Positions 16,701 to 30,355 are shown, numbered from the stretch's first letter. The stretch is DNA of 64,000 bases from the human T2T-CHM13v2.0 reference genome, Homo sapiens (GCF_009914755.1 NC_060926.1), one strand, 5' to 3'. The notes: a model not told the origin generated them from the sequence alone. Numbers and translations: made by a program.

Positions 16701-18489
16701 AGCTCCTCTCGGAATGGCTCACTCTCTTGCTCTGCTGCATAGCGCTGGTCCTTGGACTTCCCTGTCTCTGTCTAGTGTTGGATCTTCTGTTTCCCGGATT
16801 CCAACTCTTCCTCCTCCTTGGTTTATGCCCTTGGAGTGTACATGTCGGTTTCCCAGTTGGATACATTTTTCTTCCAAAGCCAGCTCCAGAAGGCTGGACA
16901 CCCTGGCATCTCAAGGTGCCTGGTAACCACCAGGTGTATGCTTGCCAATGGTGTTGAGTGTTTTCACATCACCAGAGGCACATCCAGACTCACAACTCTC
17001 AACTCAGAAGTATAGGAGAGTTTAACTTGAACTCTGACAGTTCCATCTGCCCTGGGGTGTCAGTCTTCAACAGAACATCTAGCCAGGTCTCTCGAAAAGA
17101 ATTTCTTTTGATGAACAGAATGAGATGAGATTGGAGAGATGGATTTACTGGGCTAGAAGTAGACTCATCCTGCAGAAAATGGTTGTTGGTCTCAGTAAGA
17201 CCAGGGCCACTGTTGTCATATTTCACCTAAATCCTGCAGAATAGGAGAAGGTGGCCCTTTCCTCAAGAAACTGTATTTTTATACAGTGGGAAATTGTTAT
17301 AAATGACAATTTTGTTAGAATAAGGCATTTTACTGGCATATTGATAGATCAACATGGATGTAGATGACATTAGCTAGACAAACTCTCAGCAGGGTGTGAT
17401 TTGCCGTGTATTAAACCTCTAGACTCTGAAATCAATTAAAATCAATACAGCCTCAAGTGTCCAAGGAGCACAGAGCAATGAGTTAAGTGTTAGCATTCTT
17501 TCAAGTATGAACTTTATATTTAAACATATTTTAACATATTTTAACATAGGTATTGCCTGCAATGTGACAGCAAGGCATACACTTTGTTTAAAAGAAATAT
17601 ATATGATGGGAAGAGAGGAAGAGGAGTTCATCCCAGTTGCATATACCTATATCCCAATCTGCTAGGTCAGAGGAGAGCAGATGGGTTGAAGATGAGCCAG
17701 AGAGAGGAACAGAAGTATTCTTACAACAAAAGTATACCTCAACTTGCCCGGTGAGTCCAAGGGCAGATAAAAGACCTCTTGTACACAGTTTTGTAGGGAG
17801 TGACCTGGAAACCAAGTAGACTGGTGATGGAGCTCCAATAACCCTCATCTCTGGGAGAAGCTCGCTTAACTCAGGACAAAGACTTTGCCCGCTCCAGGGA
17901 CACTTTGTAACACGGAGGATCAAGTGAGCAAGGAGAGGGACTTCTCTGGATCGAATCCTGGCTAACGATAAAAGTCTCTTTGCTGACCTCAGAGTGTTGG
18001 AACTCCTAGAAGAAACTTTGTAATAGCAAAGTAAGGGAATATTGGATAGAGTTGAAGTGACCAGGACACTTTCAACTTTTTCAAAAAAGTGAGGGAAATT
18101 TTCAAATTTTTCAAAAAAGTGAGGGAAAAATAGGCCTTCATAAGATAATATGGGTCCTGATGTATTAGAGATAATAACAAGATAATATTAACTACCTGCC
18201 TTCCAGTACACCAAAGGGGAAGAAAATAGAGAATAGCTAAAATAGCAGGAAGACTAGGATGTAAGCTAATACTAACAAATGCTAGGATGAGAACAAAACA
18301 AAGGAAGGTATAAACCTGAAAGAATGATTTATTTCGGTTATTTGGGAGAAAGTTACCAACTAGTTTCTCCAGGGTAGGTGTTTCGCTTTGTGCTAAGGAA
18401 ATAGCAACAAACAAGACATACCCAGGCTTATAGTCTAGCAGAGAATACTGACATCAAGCAAGTAATGAAAAGTGTGTTAACTCAGCCAG

Positions 18490-20622
18490 GTACAAATAGA
18501 AGTGAACTTCCTCAACCTGGCAAATGGTATCTATGAAAAACTCACAGTGATCATCATATTTAATGGCAAAGGATTGGGTGTTTTCCCCCAAGATCAGGAA
18601 CACAAGGTTGTCTGCTTTGTTCACTTCTGTTCGGCATTGTATTAGAGGTTCTAGCCGGACAATTAGGCAAGAAAAAGAAATAAAAAGCCTCTATATTGGA
18701 GTGGAAAAATAAAACTTTATTGCAGATTACATGACTTTTGAATATATAAAATTCTAAGGAAGCCCTTTAAAAATATTGGAACTAATAAACAAGTTTAGCA
18801 AGTTTGCAGGATATAAGATCAATATAAAAATAATTTTTATTGCTGTACACTAGCAATGAAAATCTGAAAATAATATTAACAATTTTATTTAAAATTGCAT
18901 CCCAAACTACAATAGTTAGGAATAAATTTAACAAGGAAAGTGTAAGACTTCTACACTGAAAACTGTAAATCATTGTTCAAAAAAATTAAAGAAGATACAG
19001 AAAAATGAAGAGACGCATGGAACAAAAGATTTTATATTGCGAAGATGGCAATATTCCCCAGATTGACCTTTACATTTAATGTAATCTCTATCAAAATCCC
19101 AGAAGCTGATAAGTTGATTCTAAAATTTATATGTAGATGCAAGGAACCCAGAAGAGCCAAAATAGTCTTGAAAAGTAAAATAAAGTTGGAAAATTCACAC
19201 TTCCTAATTTCAAAAGTTACTATAAAATTGTAGCAATCAACAAAGTGTGATACTGGCATAAGATACACACATAAATCAATTGAACAGAAAGGAACGTCCA
19301 TAAATACATTCTTACATTAAATTGATTTTTGAAAAGGGTTCCAAGACAAAGAAACAGGAGAATGAATAGTTTTTTCAGCAACTGGTGCTGGGACAAATGA
19401 ATGAATGCAAAAGAATGAAATTAGAACGTTACTTCACACCATATAAAAAATGATCTCAAAATGGATCAAAGACCTAAATGTAAGAGCTAAACTATAAAAC
19501 AGAATAAATAGTTTGACCTTGGGTTGGGCAATGATTTCTCAGCTATACCACCAAAAATATGTGACAAAAGAAAACAATAGATAAATTAGACTCCATCAAA
19601 ATTAAAGACTCATATGCTACAGATGATGGCATCAAAAACTGCAAAGACAACCTGCAGAAGGGGAGAAAAATTTTGCAAATCACATATATAAGGAATTCGT
19701 ATCTACAATATACAAAGAACATCTATAACTCCTCTGTAGTAAAAATATAAGTAACCCAGCTTAAAAATGGACAAAGAACTAAATGAACATTTCGCCGAAG
19801 ATATAAAATAACCCACAAGCACTGAAAAGATGCTCAAAATCATTAGTCATCATGAAAATGCAAATCAAAACCACAGTGAGATATCACTTCACACTCCCTA
19901 GGATTGCTATAAAAGACAGACAATGACAAGGGTTGCTGAGGATGTGGAGAAAATGGAATTCTCATTTGCAGCTGGTGGGAATGTAAAATGGTGTAGCTGC
20001 TTTGGAAAACAGTTTGGTGGTTCCTCAAAAATTTACAAATAGAATTTCCGTATGATCCAGCAGTTCCACTCATAACTATACACCCAATTGAAATAAAAAC
20101 ATATGTCCCCCCAAAAACCTGTGCACAAACATTCATAGCAGGATTATTAATGACAGTCAAAACTAGAAACAACCCACATGTCTATCAACTGAGGAATAGA
20201 TGAAAAAAATGGGGTAAAGCCACAATGAAATATTATATGGCACTTAAAAGGAATGAAGTACTGATACACGCTACAACATGGATGAATCCTGACAGCATTA
20301 CGCTAAGTGAAAGAAGCCAGTCATAAAGGACCACATGTTGTATGAATCTAATCATATGAAATGTCCAGAATAGGCAAACTTACAGATTCAGAAAGTAGAT
20401 TAGTGGTTGCCTCAGGCTAGAGGGTGGGACACAATTGGGGAGCAACTGCTGTGGGCATGCTAGATGGGCATGGGGTTTCTTTTTTGTGGTGATAAAAATG
20501 TTCTAACAATCATATTGTGGTGATTGTTGCACACCTCTGACTACGCTAAAAACCATTGAACTCTATACTTTAAATGAGCAAACTCTACAATGTGTGAATT
20601 ATATCTCAATATATTTCTTTAA
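18490..20622 (+). mobile_element. L1MB-type LINE 3' portion (~2.1 kb)
   Basis: Degenerate ORF2 (MAIFPRLTFTFNVISIKIP) and L1MB 3'UTR (gaaatgtccagaataggcaa...agtagattagtggttgcc...tgtgaattatatctcaat). Confidence 0.88.
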
Positions 20623-20640
20623 AAGAAGATGGGCTACAAC

Positions 20641-21450
20641 CAAGTGTGTTGAATGTTATGACTGGGGAGGGGTGATATGTGAGTGAATAATATGGGAACC
20701 CATAATATGGGAACCCAACTGGGCTAAGACATAAAGGATCAGGAGTTTGGTGACTGACAGCCAAGACAGAGCAGACAGTAAGGCCAAAGGCTTCAGGCTG
20801 GGAAAAGCATGGAAAATAGAAGGAAGTAAAGGTGTAATGGTGTGGTTGGAGTAGAGAGCAGGAAAAAGAGGGACAAGTTGTGGTTAGATGGCGGGCAGGG
20901 TCCAGAGGAGACAGGCTCCTGTGGTCCATGTTAATGATGCCAGATTTTTCCTGTGAGCAATGGGAGGACATTGAAGCGTTTTTAAGCCTGGAGAATGTAA
21001 TGATTGGATTTGAATTTTAAAAAGTGTAGTCCAGCTGCCGGAAATTGATTTGAGGGATATGAGTAGATATAGGAAAATCAGATAGGGAGGCCATGCCAAA
21101 GTCAGGGAGAGAGATGATGTCAAAGAAATCTCAACTGAAGCAGTTAGCAGGGAGAGTGGGAAGTGAGAATATGTAGACAATGAGCTCTTCCATGAAATTT
21201 GGTTGCAATGAGAGGAAACAGGTGGAGTTTAGCTGGAAGGGGTAGGAGATGAAGAAATTTAAAAGATACACATTTTTAAATGGGAGTTAAATGACTCCAG
21301 AAGACAGAGACAGGTTTAGTATTCGGAAGACAGAAGACAGAATTCATTCAATCAGGCCCTTGAGAAGGTGAAGGATAATGAGGAAGAAGCGGGGAGATAG
21401 TTACAGAGGAAGGTGGGTTTGTAGATTTGCAGGCAGAACTTCTTCACCCT
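20641..21450 (-). mobile_element. L2 fragment, continuing from ~18410-18480
   Basis: Purine-rich L2 antisense features (gagcaatgggaggacattgaag, gattggatttgaatttt). Confidence 0.6.
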
Positions 21451-21699
21451 CCTGCCTCCAATTCTGTAAAGCAAACCACAAGCCAAGAGTGAGTGGAAGT
21501 GCTTTAATGATGTGATACCAGAGGGTGGTGATTAATGAGGAAGCTAGGGAAGCGCTCCTGTGGCTGATGATAGGCATTAGTGAAAGAAACTGAAGTAAAC
21601 ACGACAATGCCTCTAATATTATCCTTCCTTCTGACACATTGTTTAAAAATAGGAAGGGTGGAAACATTAGTTAAGAGGGAATCGCGACCCTGTACGGAG

Positions 21700-22440
21700 A
21701 AAAGGTAGTAAGAGAGAATCCAGTTACTTTGAAAGTTTAAGCCTTTAGGCCCTGTGTATCAAATTAGCTTAAATATACAATTGAAGAATCATTTTTGATA
21801 TTAGAAGTCATGCAGATTGGAACAGACACAATAAAACTGAAAATAATCAAATGTTCTGTTTTTAAAAAGGAGTGAAAGGAGAACTCAAGGAAATACGATT
21901 GGGTCAAATTAACTATGATCTCTGCAGTATTCATTTGCGATCATTAGAAAGCATCAAGCATTCATCAGGAAATATTTATGCTACAACATTATTTATGGAG
22001 ACAGTGTCTGTCTCTTGACTTCAAGGTACATGAATGGGAGATTAAATACTGTTTACCAAAACAATCGAGTTTTAGGTGATATTGATCACAGGTCGGCTGC
22101 GTGAAGAACTGTATACTTCGAAGGTATATTGGCACATAGAGAATGGTCACCAGGAGGTCTGGATGAAAACCAACATGAATAATTAAAGAAGACAGGCTTT
22201 GGGCAAAATAGCAAAGGTATCCTCAAATATTTGTAGGTCTTGCATGTCCAGTATTTTTTTCTACAGTGGTCCAGAGAGTAGAGCCAGAAGCATGAGTAGA
22301 AAGTTTCAGGGAAGTAGATGATTGCCTCTAGCTAAGGAATACCTAACACTCGGAGATGTCCAACAATGGGAACCACAACATCTTGAGCTCCCCTGTCCTA
22401 AAGAATTCTAGAAGACTGATGGGGCTTCTGCTACAGCAGG
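21700..22440 (+). mobile_element. L3/CR1 LINE fragments
   Basis: Resembles CR1 RT nucleotides (gattggaacagacacaat...tttttaaaaagg...ggaaatac) and the L3 3' region (gtccaacaatgggaa...gagctcccctgtc). Confidence 0.5.
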
Positions 22441-23031
22441 GTTAGGGTGTGGACTATGTAACTCTAGGGTCTGTTTCATGAAAAAAAATGTAGAGGAAAT
22501 GACGTGAGTGTTAATTCTTCAGCACACTCATGCTAGAGGGATAAACACTGATGCCTACAGATGTTCATCATCTGTCCAAAGCTGCACAGTGAGACAATGG
22601 TACAGCTGGGGCTAGAGCCCGCTCTTCTCTCCCTAAGGCCTGACCATTTCTACCATTTCTGTTGCTCTACACCATTCCATTTCCACCATTTCTCTTGCCC
22701 TTCCCGTGATGAGAGATACTTTTTTTCTTTCGAACTGCAGTGAAGGATTCTAAACCCTCATTCATGCCTTTCAAGCCATGCCTTTCCATAAAGGTCCATT
22801 GGTCTACATTGTCTGCATGAAATCTGCAGCATTGGCCTTGAAACTCAAGGGCCTTGAGCAGCTAAGCCTTGGTTCACTTATGTAAGGGTCTGTCATCCCT
22901 GGGGAGGCTCTCCCAAGGAGAGAGTCTTATGTGCAGTTCTTAGAGGGGAAGGAGGACTCATGCTCCCAGGAGGGAAAGACTCCAAAGCTACCATGTCTTA
23001 CCTGAGCCATGGGTCTGCTTTCCTCTTTGCT

Positions 23032-23058
23032 TCAGTTGTACATGACCAGGCTCATCCA
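23032..23058 (-). CDS. CAPN13: CAPN13 final coding segment WMSLVMYN* (exon 23002-23058, ~22)
   Basis: acceptor tttttcag; TGA at 23032-23034; 30 nt of UTR then donor CAG|gtaaga at 23001. Confidence 0.94.
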   Translation of the reverse strand, partial: WMSLVMYN

Positions 23059-23615
23059 CTGAAAAATAAGCATCATCATTACAACAATTCTTTACACTTG
23101 TTAGCTTAATACAGAGCAGGGCAAATGCCACCCTCCTCCCTCGGAAGACCTCAGTCCAGTCTCATCACCCCTTCCAGCTAATTCCAACCCAAGCAGGGTA
23201 CGGGGCGGGGTTGTCTCACAGCACATCTTCTGCTACTCCCTGAATAACCAGGCAGTGAGACGTATATATCTTAGGTCTACCAGCTGGCTGGTCAGGAGCC
23301 TCTAAAACTCAATGGGAATAAGTTTAATGTACAGTGAGCTCAGCGGGCTGTCCTTCTGTTCCCTCCTGGATTTATGACTCCCACATAATCCTCTGCTTTA
23401 TTAAGCTATTGGAAAAAAATAAAATCTGTCTGCCAAGATCCTAAAGCAGCCTGGCGGCCAGCGATATATAAGGCAGTAATTGGAGGTTGGGGGGACAGCT
23501 TGGCTGGCCTTTGACAGACCGTTCAATATCCTCAGGGAGAAAAATGCCCTCTGGAATCAAGTCAGGGGAGGCAGCCTGGGACTGTGCCTGCCCCGGGGAG
23601 GGGAAGGTACCTCAC

Positions 23616-23671
23616 CTCCATTTCTGTCAGGTAGAGTCCTTTTCCATCCTTAGAGAGGTTGCGGAAGGTCT
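23616..23671 (-). CDS. CAPN13: CAPN13 coding exon (~21): TFRNLSKDGKGLYLTEME
   Basis: 56 nt; acceptor atcctag, donor GAG|gtgagg; EF5. Confidence 0.95.
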
Positions 23672-24709
23672 CTAGGATAAAGAAGGGAAGGTTTTGACTG
23701 ACTGAGGAGGAAGGAATCCAGGCAGTTCAGGGGAGGCAGGCCTGGGCCCATAAGAAGCACAGGAGGTGATTCTGTAAAGCAGCCCCTCCTGCTCCGCGGG
23801 GTGTGCCTGTCACCCATCCTTTTCTCTGTCTAGCCGAGCTCTGCACGGGGCGAGTGGCTCAGGGCTCACCTCCTCAGAGGGGCTGTGTGCCTGCTCTGCC
23901 CACACGCCTCTCCCTTTCCCAGCTTCCTTGCACTCCCTGCCCCTGCATCCATCCACACTAGGCTGTGGGGATGTGAGGGCTTGTCATTCTTTCAGTGATA
24001 CAATTTGGGGACCTTCCCTGTGCAACTGAGAACTGTGTGGGGGCCAAGGCTTGTACCTCAGGCTTCTCTTTTACCCTCCCAGAGCCTTAGTGTCTCAATC
24101 TTTTTGCCCAGCTCAGAGCTGCAGGCTTTGCAGCAGTGCCTCGTGGCATGGCGGTGAGAGGATTATGAGTGGGGAGGGGTCTGGCCTCTCTCCTGCAATC
24201 ATGGTGGCCCCACTGTGGCCCGACTGTGGCTCGGGGTTTCACACTAGATTTCATTAAAAACAAAGGGTGATGCTGCTAAAAAGTGTGGAAACTTCGGCCC
24301 ACACAGTTGGATTTCTGAAGCCTGGGGAGGGACCTCCTGCCCCTACTTATTCACTTGTGTGTGAAATTCCTGCAGCAAAGACCAAAATCCTTCATTACAT
24401 AACTGAAGAGCAGGTTTCAATGATAAACACAACCTGGAGACGGGGACAGCGTTAACCTTGTTCCTGAGAGAGGGGCTGGTCAGGGTGATGAGGAAAAGAG
24501 ACCTGCGATGGGGAACTACAGGGGAGACGGGGGTGCGGAGGGAGCTGGTCACACCATCTGCAGCCTCGGTTGGCACCTCACGCAGGCTGCTGGCCCACCC
24601 TGCTGCTGAGGCCTCACGCAGACCTGGGGTGGGGTAGGGGGTGTCCGGTCCTCTCCTGTGTTCTTCGGTCACTGCCAAGGTCTCTGGGATGCCCCTTGGG
24701 GACACTTAC

Positions 24710-24838
24710 TTGCCATGGCTTCAAGCCGCATCAGGAAGCAGACCAGGCTGGGGAAGCTGACCCTGCCGACGCTGTCGCTGTACCTGAGGGTCACCAGATG
24801 CAGCAGCTCACGGCTGATGAAGATCCCTCTGAGGAAGT
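24710..24838 (-). CDS. CAPN13: CAPN13 coding exon (~20): [21 protein letters not shown]...LMRLEAMA
   Basis: 129 nt; acceptor ccccag, donor A|gtaagt; RYxD and RLExM PEF motifs. Confidence 0.95.
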
Positions 24839-25784
24839 CTGGGGCCACAGGTGAACGAGTGAGTGAGAGGAGGCTAGGGCTCGGGGGTTCCTCTGCCTCT
24901 CAGGGTCTGAGACACCTGTTCAGAGGGCCCGGCAACCTCCCACCAACTCCTCCCACTCAGCCCCCTCCCTTCAGTGTCTTCTCTTTCCTGTTGGTTGTTA
25001 GGCCCCAGGAACCTAGTTCTGGAGTCTGGCCAGAGACCACGTGAAGATGCTGAAGACCCTGCTCTGGAGATACATTGGCCTTCACAATCATCTGATCATT
25101 CCCACGTAATGGGAGAGCTGCTGGGACACCTGGGGGTTGCTTCTAGCTCTGCCTCTGTCAAACTTCTCCTTGCTGATGACCTTCACAACCTTCCTCCCCA
25201 CCCATGACTGTAGGTGGATTGTTTATGGATGCTGCTAGTGTAGGTGGGAGTGGCCCCTGGCAGAAGGAGATGCAGTCCTAAGTCCATCCAGGGAAAAGAC
25301 TGACCCTTGGCGGGAGAGCAGAATGCAGAAGGTGGCCTCAGGCAGGCAGGAGCTCAGCGCCTTGTCATCCTGTGCTTCTAGTTATAAGCTCCAGGGAGGC
25401 ACCGACCTCACAGGGGCCAAGTGCACACTGGCACATAGTCAGGCTTTGCAAGACTTAAGAGAGCAAGCAGAACCCTGCAAGCCAAACCATCCATCATGGG
25501 GACAAGCCTGGTGGCCCATGAGCCTCCGGCAGCCAGAGACACAGGAGGTTTCTCTAGCGGAGTTAATAAAACATGAACTCGAATGCCTTTAGATAAGCCA
25601 GGTCCTCTCCTGCTTGCCACGTTCTCAGTCACCTGTTTTCTGACTGTGAGCTCCATCACCCCTTTCACTTACTTGCCTGGCTGCTGAAGGCTTACTGAAT
25701 TGAATTTGAACAATTTTCTACTTTTTTCTCTTTTATTATTCTGGAGTCATGTGTGAGGTCTTTTTAAAAGATTTCATCTTTAAT

Positions 25785-25920
25785 GGATTCTTAAAGTGTG
25801 GTCCCCAGACCAGGGGCATGAGCATCCCCTGGGAGCTTGTTAGAAATGCAAATTCCTGAGCCCCACCCACACCCCCTGATCAGAGGTGCAGCAATCTGTG
25901 CTTTAACGAGCCCTGAAGAG
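25785..25920. mobile_element. MER5A
   Basis: ttcttaaagtgtggtccccagacca...ctgggagcttgttagaaatgcaaatt...gcaatctgtgctttaac. Confidence 0.8.
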
Positions 25921-26734
25921 TCCCAGTTCCACATTATGAAGCATTAAGGGGAGGATCCAGGCTACAGGTGGGGGCAACGGTCTGATCTTTCTGCCCTGTC
26001 TCCAGGCCAGGATCCACAGAAGGGAGGATGATGGAGACTATCCTTCCAGTGTTAACCCGGGGAAATGTGATTTTACATTTTATTAAAGGAAGGTAGCCAT
26101 TTCCTTGTGCAACTTTTTTTGTCACCCATTTTCCCCATTGGGACAGTAGAGGTAATGATTCCTGCCCTTCCCAGTTTGCAGGGTAGTTGAGACAGTCAAA
26201 GGAGATGACGCGAACAGAAGTGCTTGGTGAACCATGGAGAACTTATGCACCCTAAGGAATTATTCTCATTATCCCAGGGCTGAAAGCCTTTGCCTACTTG
26301 AAGCAGACAGATGCCATTTGATTTAATTTAGCCCCAAACTCTCTGTGAAGAGAGAGAGCGATCATCAGCTAGCCTGTGGGTATTTAACCCTGATGGCCCA
26401 GATACTGAGCTGGAAGCGCGTCTCCAAGGCGAGCTCGATTCCTGATAGGGTATCAATCACGCAACGGCTATTTTCTCACAATTAGAGCTGTGCTGGGGAG
26501 GAAAGACATCTGGGAAAATTGAATGGCACGTGAGAACTCAGACAGGGCAACTGTGTTTGAGTCTGCAACCGTGGAGGCCCCCCAGGGTCAGTGTGAACTG
26601 GGGAGGACACGAGAGCTGCAGCGCTCCTCTCTCCTGATTGCCTGGCACTGTTGTGCCAGCCTTGCTACTAGGGGTGTGGGCATCACCCCCCTCCCCGGAC
26701 CTTGGGCACCACAGCTCCAAAGTCCCCATTGTAC

Positions 26735-26810
26735 CTGTATTCTCTATGGCCTTCCACAAGTCCGAGCTCAGGAGGACTCCAGGGCTTGTCTGAACCTTCT
26801 GGAAAACATG
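26735..26810 (-). CDS. CAPN13: CAPN13 coding exon (~19): [25 protein letters not shown]
   Basis: 76 nt; acceptor ctattag, donor G|gtacaa. Confidence 0.93.
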
Positions 26811-27109
26811 CTAATAGGGGAAGAGAAGCAAGAAGTCTGTGTGAAGACTGGGAAGGTCTGGATACTCCTTTTCCATCCTGGGAGCTTGCTTCCCTAAACC
26901 TCAGAGGAAGGCACGGTCACAGCACTGAGGACTGGGAGGACACAGTGGCCACACCTGGTGAACTGACCATCCTGGCTGCCCGCTGAGGGGCTGTGGCTGC
27001 TTCCCTCCTCACCCATGCTCCTTCCTCTTCTGTGCCCCCAGACTGGGCCCTGACACATAGGGCAGTTTTCTACTTTTGAGGGGAGTGTAGGGCTCTCCAG
27101 AGAGTTTGC

Positions 27110-27330
27110 GTAGGGTAGTGGTTAAGAGCACAGGCTTTACAACCAAACTGCTAGGGCTTAAATCGTGGACTATTTACCAGCTGTATTACCTTTGGCCATG
27201 ACTTAATCTTCCTAGGCCTCAGTTTCCTCATCTGTAGCAAAGGGCTAATTACAGTGCCTACCTCACAGGTTTGTTGCAGGGAGTAAATGACTAAATATTT
27301 ATAAAGTGCTTGAGGGAGTGCTTTGCACAT
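27110..27330 (+). mobile_element. MIR SINE
   Basis: gtagtggttaagagcacaggcttt...ggcctcagtttcctcatctgta...cctacctcacaggtttgttg. Confidence 0.85.
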
Positions 27331-28788
27331 TAGTGAATGGTCTATAGAAAATATTGAAAGCAGGTTAGAATTGCTTCCTGGAGCCCAGCACAGGGGCAGA
27401 AGGTGGCAACCGGAACATATCACTTTTGTATGGGGCGGCTCTTGCACCCACCCAGGCCTTTTCTACCTCTATCCAATTCTCTGTATAATCCTGGTCAACA
27501 TCGTACTTCACAGATGAGGACACTGATACTCAGGCAGGGAACATTTTGCCTTGGATTAGGTGTGTAAGTGCTGCAGGACTGAACTCAGGACTCTAATTTG
27601 GGTCTATGCCTAGCTGTCCCCAGGAGCTACTCCAAAGCAAAGTACCCACACACAGGCATGTGACTGAGGCCAACCATGGGAGACAACTGTTGCAAAATAG
27701 CAGCTGGACAGCTTTTTGGGGGCCTTATTCGGCTTTTGGTGAGTGCAAGGACAGACCTAGACTGTTCTCAGGAATTCATTCGTTCATTCGGAATTTCTTC
27801 AGTCATTGACTCAGCATTTTGAACCCCTGCTGTGTTTTAGCCACTAGGGAGGCTCTGGGGAAAGATGGATATGAGGGACCCTTGCCCTGGGGGACCCAGG
27901 GGAGCGGACATGCCAGCCGTCGCAGTGCCCTGCAATGAAATGAGAAACCAAGTGACCCCTAGTCGGGGATCCGGGGATATATACTGAAATAGCCACACAG
28001 GAACACTTTTTTTCAGCCTTTAAACATGTTATGAAAATATTTAGTGACATGGCTAGACATTTGATGTATTTATTGGCATTTATTAGTTTTTAAAAACAGA
28101 TTATACTTCTATTTGGCATGTGTGGGTATACATATTACAAGAAAAATTCTGAAGTATGAAGGGTAGGTGGGCACTGGCCAGTCTCAGGGTGCAGGGAGGG
28201 GAGAGGCAGGAGGGGCAGGCTGAAGGGGCACAGGTGTGACGTTTACAGGAAATAGTGAATCTCCTTTAGACTTGTATTGGAGTCTAAAGGAGAGAGTGGG
28301 ATGAGTGGAAAGGGCTTCTCCTGGGCCCCAAATAGGGACCCACTTAGAGGGTCTTGCGTGCCACTCTGAGGGCTTAGACTTTGTCCTAGGAACAATGGGG
28401 AGGCCACATTGAGGCCTCAGGCCACATCTATGTTTTCGACAGATCCTCTGGCAGGTGGATTGGACGGGAATGAGATAAGCTAGCAGGTGTTGCAGTGGAT
28501 GCAGGGGCGGGGGTGGGGGGAGATGCTAGCAGGTAGCTTTAGCTTACAGAGACAGCATTCTCCTCCCACCTCCAACGCATCCCTCATTCCGCCACCTAAT
28601 TAGGCATTGCCTTGTGCCTTTTGGAGTTGCACTATGTCTCCCCAAACAACATGTGAGCTCTCCTTGAGGGCAGGGGTGAGATTTCCTCTTCTTTCATACC
28701 CCTGAACCCTGGTGCAGGGTTAGACACCCAGTAAATCCTTGCTAACTGGACAGAATGAGAGTGCTAGTCACAGAGAATGTGCCCGTAC

Positions 28789-28857
28789 CTGGTAGTGAAC
28801 AAGGCGCTTCCACAGTCGCGCAAACTCCTCTTGGTCTAGCCGCCCATTCACTTTCAG
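28789..28857 (-). CDS. CAPN13: CAPN13 coding exon (~18): [23 protein letters not shown]
   Basis: 69 nt; acceptor ttacccag, donor CAG|gtacgg; EF2 loop and EFxxLW helix. Confidence 0.95.
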
Positions 28858-30074
28858 CTGGGTAAGGAGTTAAGAGTGAACCAGCCAGCGTGCAAGGTGC
28901 AGAGGGGCTGCCATCCTGCCAACAAAGCCAGAGCAGGCCCATTCATCACTAGCAACACAGCTGGTCCATTGTCACCTGGATTTGGCCCCATGCCAGCTGG
29001 CTCCCGCTGTGTCTGAAAGGGACCTGGCTTAGATTTGTTTTACAAAGAAAAATGGGCAATTGGAAGAAGGAAGCCCTGAGGAAAGGAGGCCAATATCACT
29101 TGCATCTGAGGGAAGAGAGGGGTCTAGAACACGGCCTTCACCAGTTGGAGTGGGCCCTCTGGCTCCAGAAGTTGGGGAGGAGCACGAAGGGTCATGGCAA
29201 CCCCAGAAGCAGCAGCCACAGGCGAGCACATAGAGTCCTGCGTGCACAAGTGTAGAGGGAATGCATCTCGTGGGCATGTTAAAGCCAGCCCTGGCCATGC
29301 CATATGATGGGTTCAGTGATGACTAATGAAGGGAAAAGCATTAACCTCTGAGAACTGGAAGGGGAGCCATGAGTAGGAAGAAGGCTGAAAGAGACCTGTC
29401 CGCTTTGCAGGGGTCCAGCAAATGTGACCTCCCCTCGGGTTACTCACCCCGGGCCGTGGCACTGTGAGGACCATTTGGATTCCTCTGTGGGAGATGGGCT
29501 GTGTCTCTGATAGATTCCAAAGCACAGCCAGCAGAGACAGGGCCTGATTTATGATTTCATCAAAAAAGCCCTCTTGTTTCACAATGGCCGGCTTCACAGT
29601 CCCAATTCAGCCTTGTCAACGGTGCAGGAGCGGGGCAATGCGTCTCAGGAGACAGCACACTGCCAAGTGAGGGGCTGGCAGGGCAGCATCTGGGGGTCTA
29701 CACTCATGGAGTCAGCCTCTTCTGCTTGCCAAGCCAGGGGTACGCAGGAAGAGGATGGCTCACTGGGGAATGGAAATCAGGAGGAGGGTCAGGAGTCTGG
29801 GGTTCAATTCTTGGTCCTACACTTGTAGCCACGGGCCTGGAGTGAGTCTCTGAACTGCCTCTGCCCAGCGTCTCCCGCTGTGAATGCAGCATAGCAATGC
29901 TGGGGTGCAACTGCTGTGCAGACCAGGCAGTTTTCCATGTTTTGGTGGTAGTTATCTTGATTGAATTGGGGACTTGTTGAAGTAAGAAATTTAAATAATG
30001 GAGACTCCTCCAGTGGGAAGTGAATGGGTAAAAGGGAAAATAGTTCCCAACGGTGCTATAAAGGGGCGGTTTAG

Positions 30075-30250
30075 GATAAGGTTAGAGCATAGACTTTGGA
30101 GGCTGAAAGCTCCAACTTCAAATCTGAGCATGAGTCCTGACTAGCTGTGTGATCTGGGCAAATTACTTAACCTCTCTGAACTCCTGTTTCTTCTACTGTA
30201 TTATGAGATGATACTTTTTTGTATCAGAGGGATTGCTTCAAGAATTATAA

Positions 30251-30298
<48 letters not shown>

Positions 30299-30355
30299 CA
30301 GTACACTGATCAGCACATAGTAGGTGCTTGATAGATGGTAACTATTATCATTGTT
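30075..30355 (+). mobile_element. MIR SINE containing a (CA)22 microsatellite
   Basis: gttagagcatagactttgga...gggcaaattacttaacctctctga...gcacatagtaggtgct. Confidence 0.75.
30253..30296. repeat. (AC)22 microsatellite
   Basis: Perfect dinucleotide run. Confidence 0.95.

Noticed and set aside
26300-26500. Enhancer-looking non-repeat patch with TAAT motifs (similar near 8650, 33700 and 52850)
   Set aside because: Cannot be supported without conservation or chromatin data.
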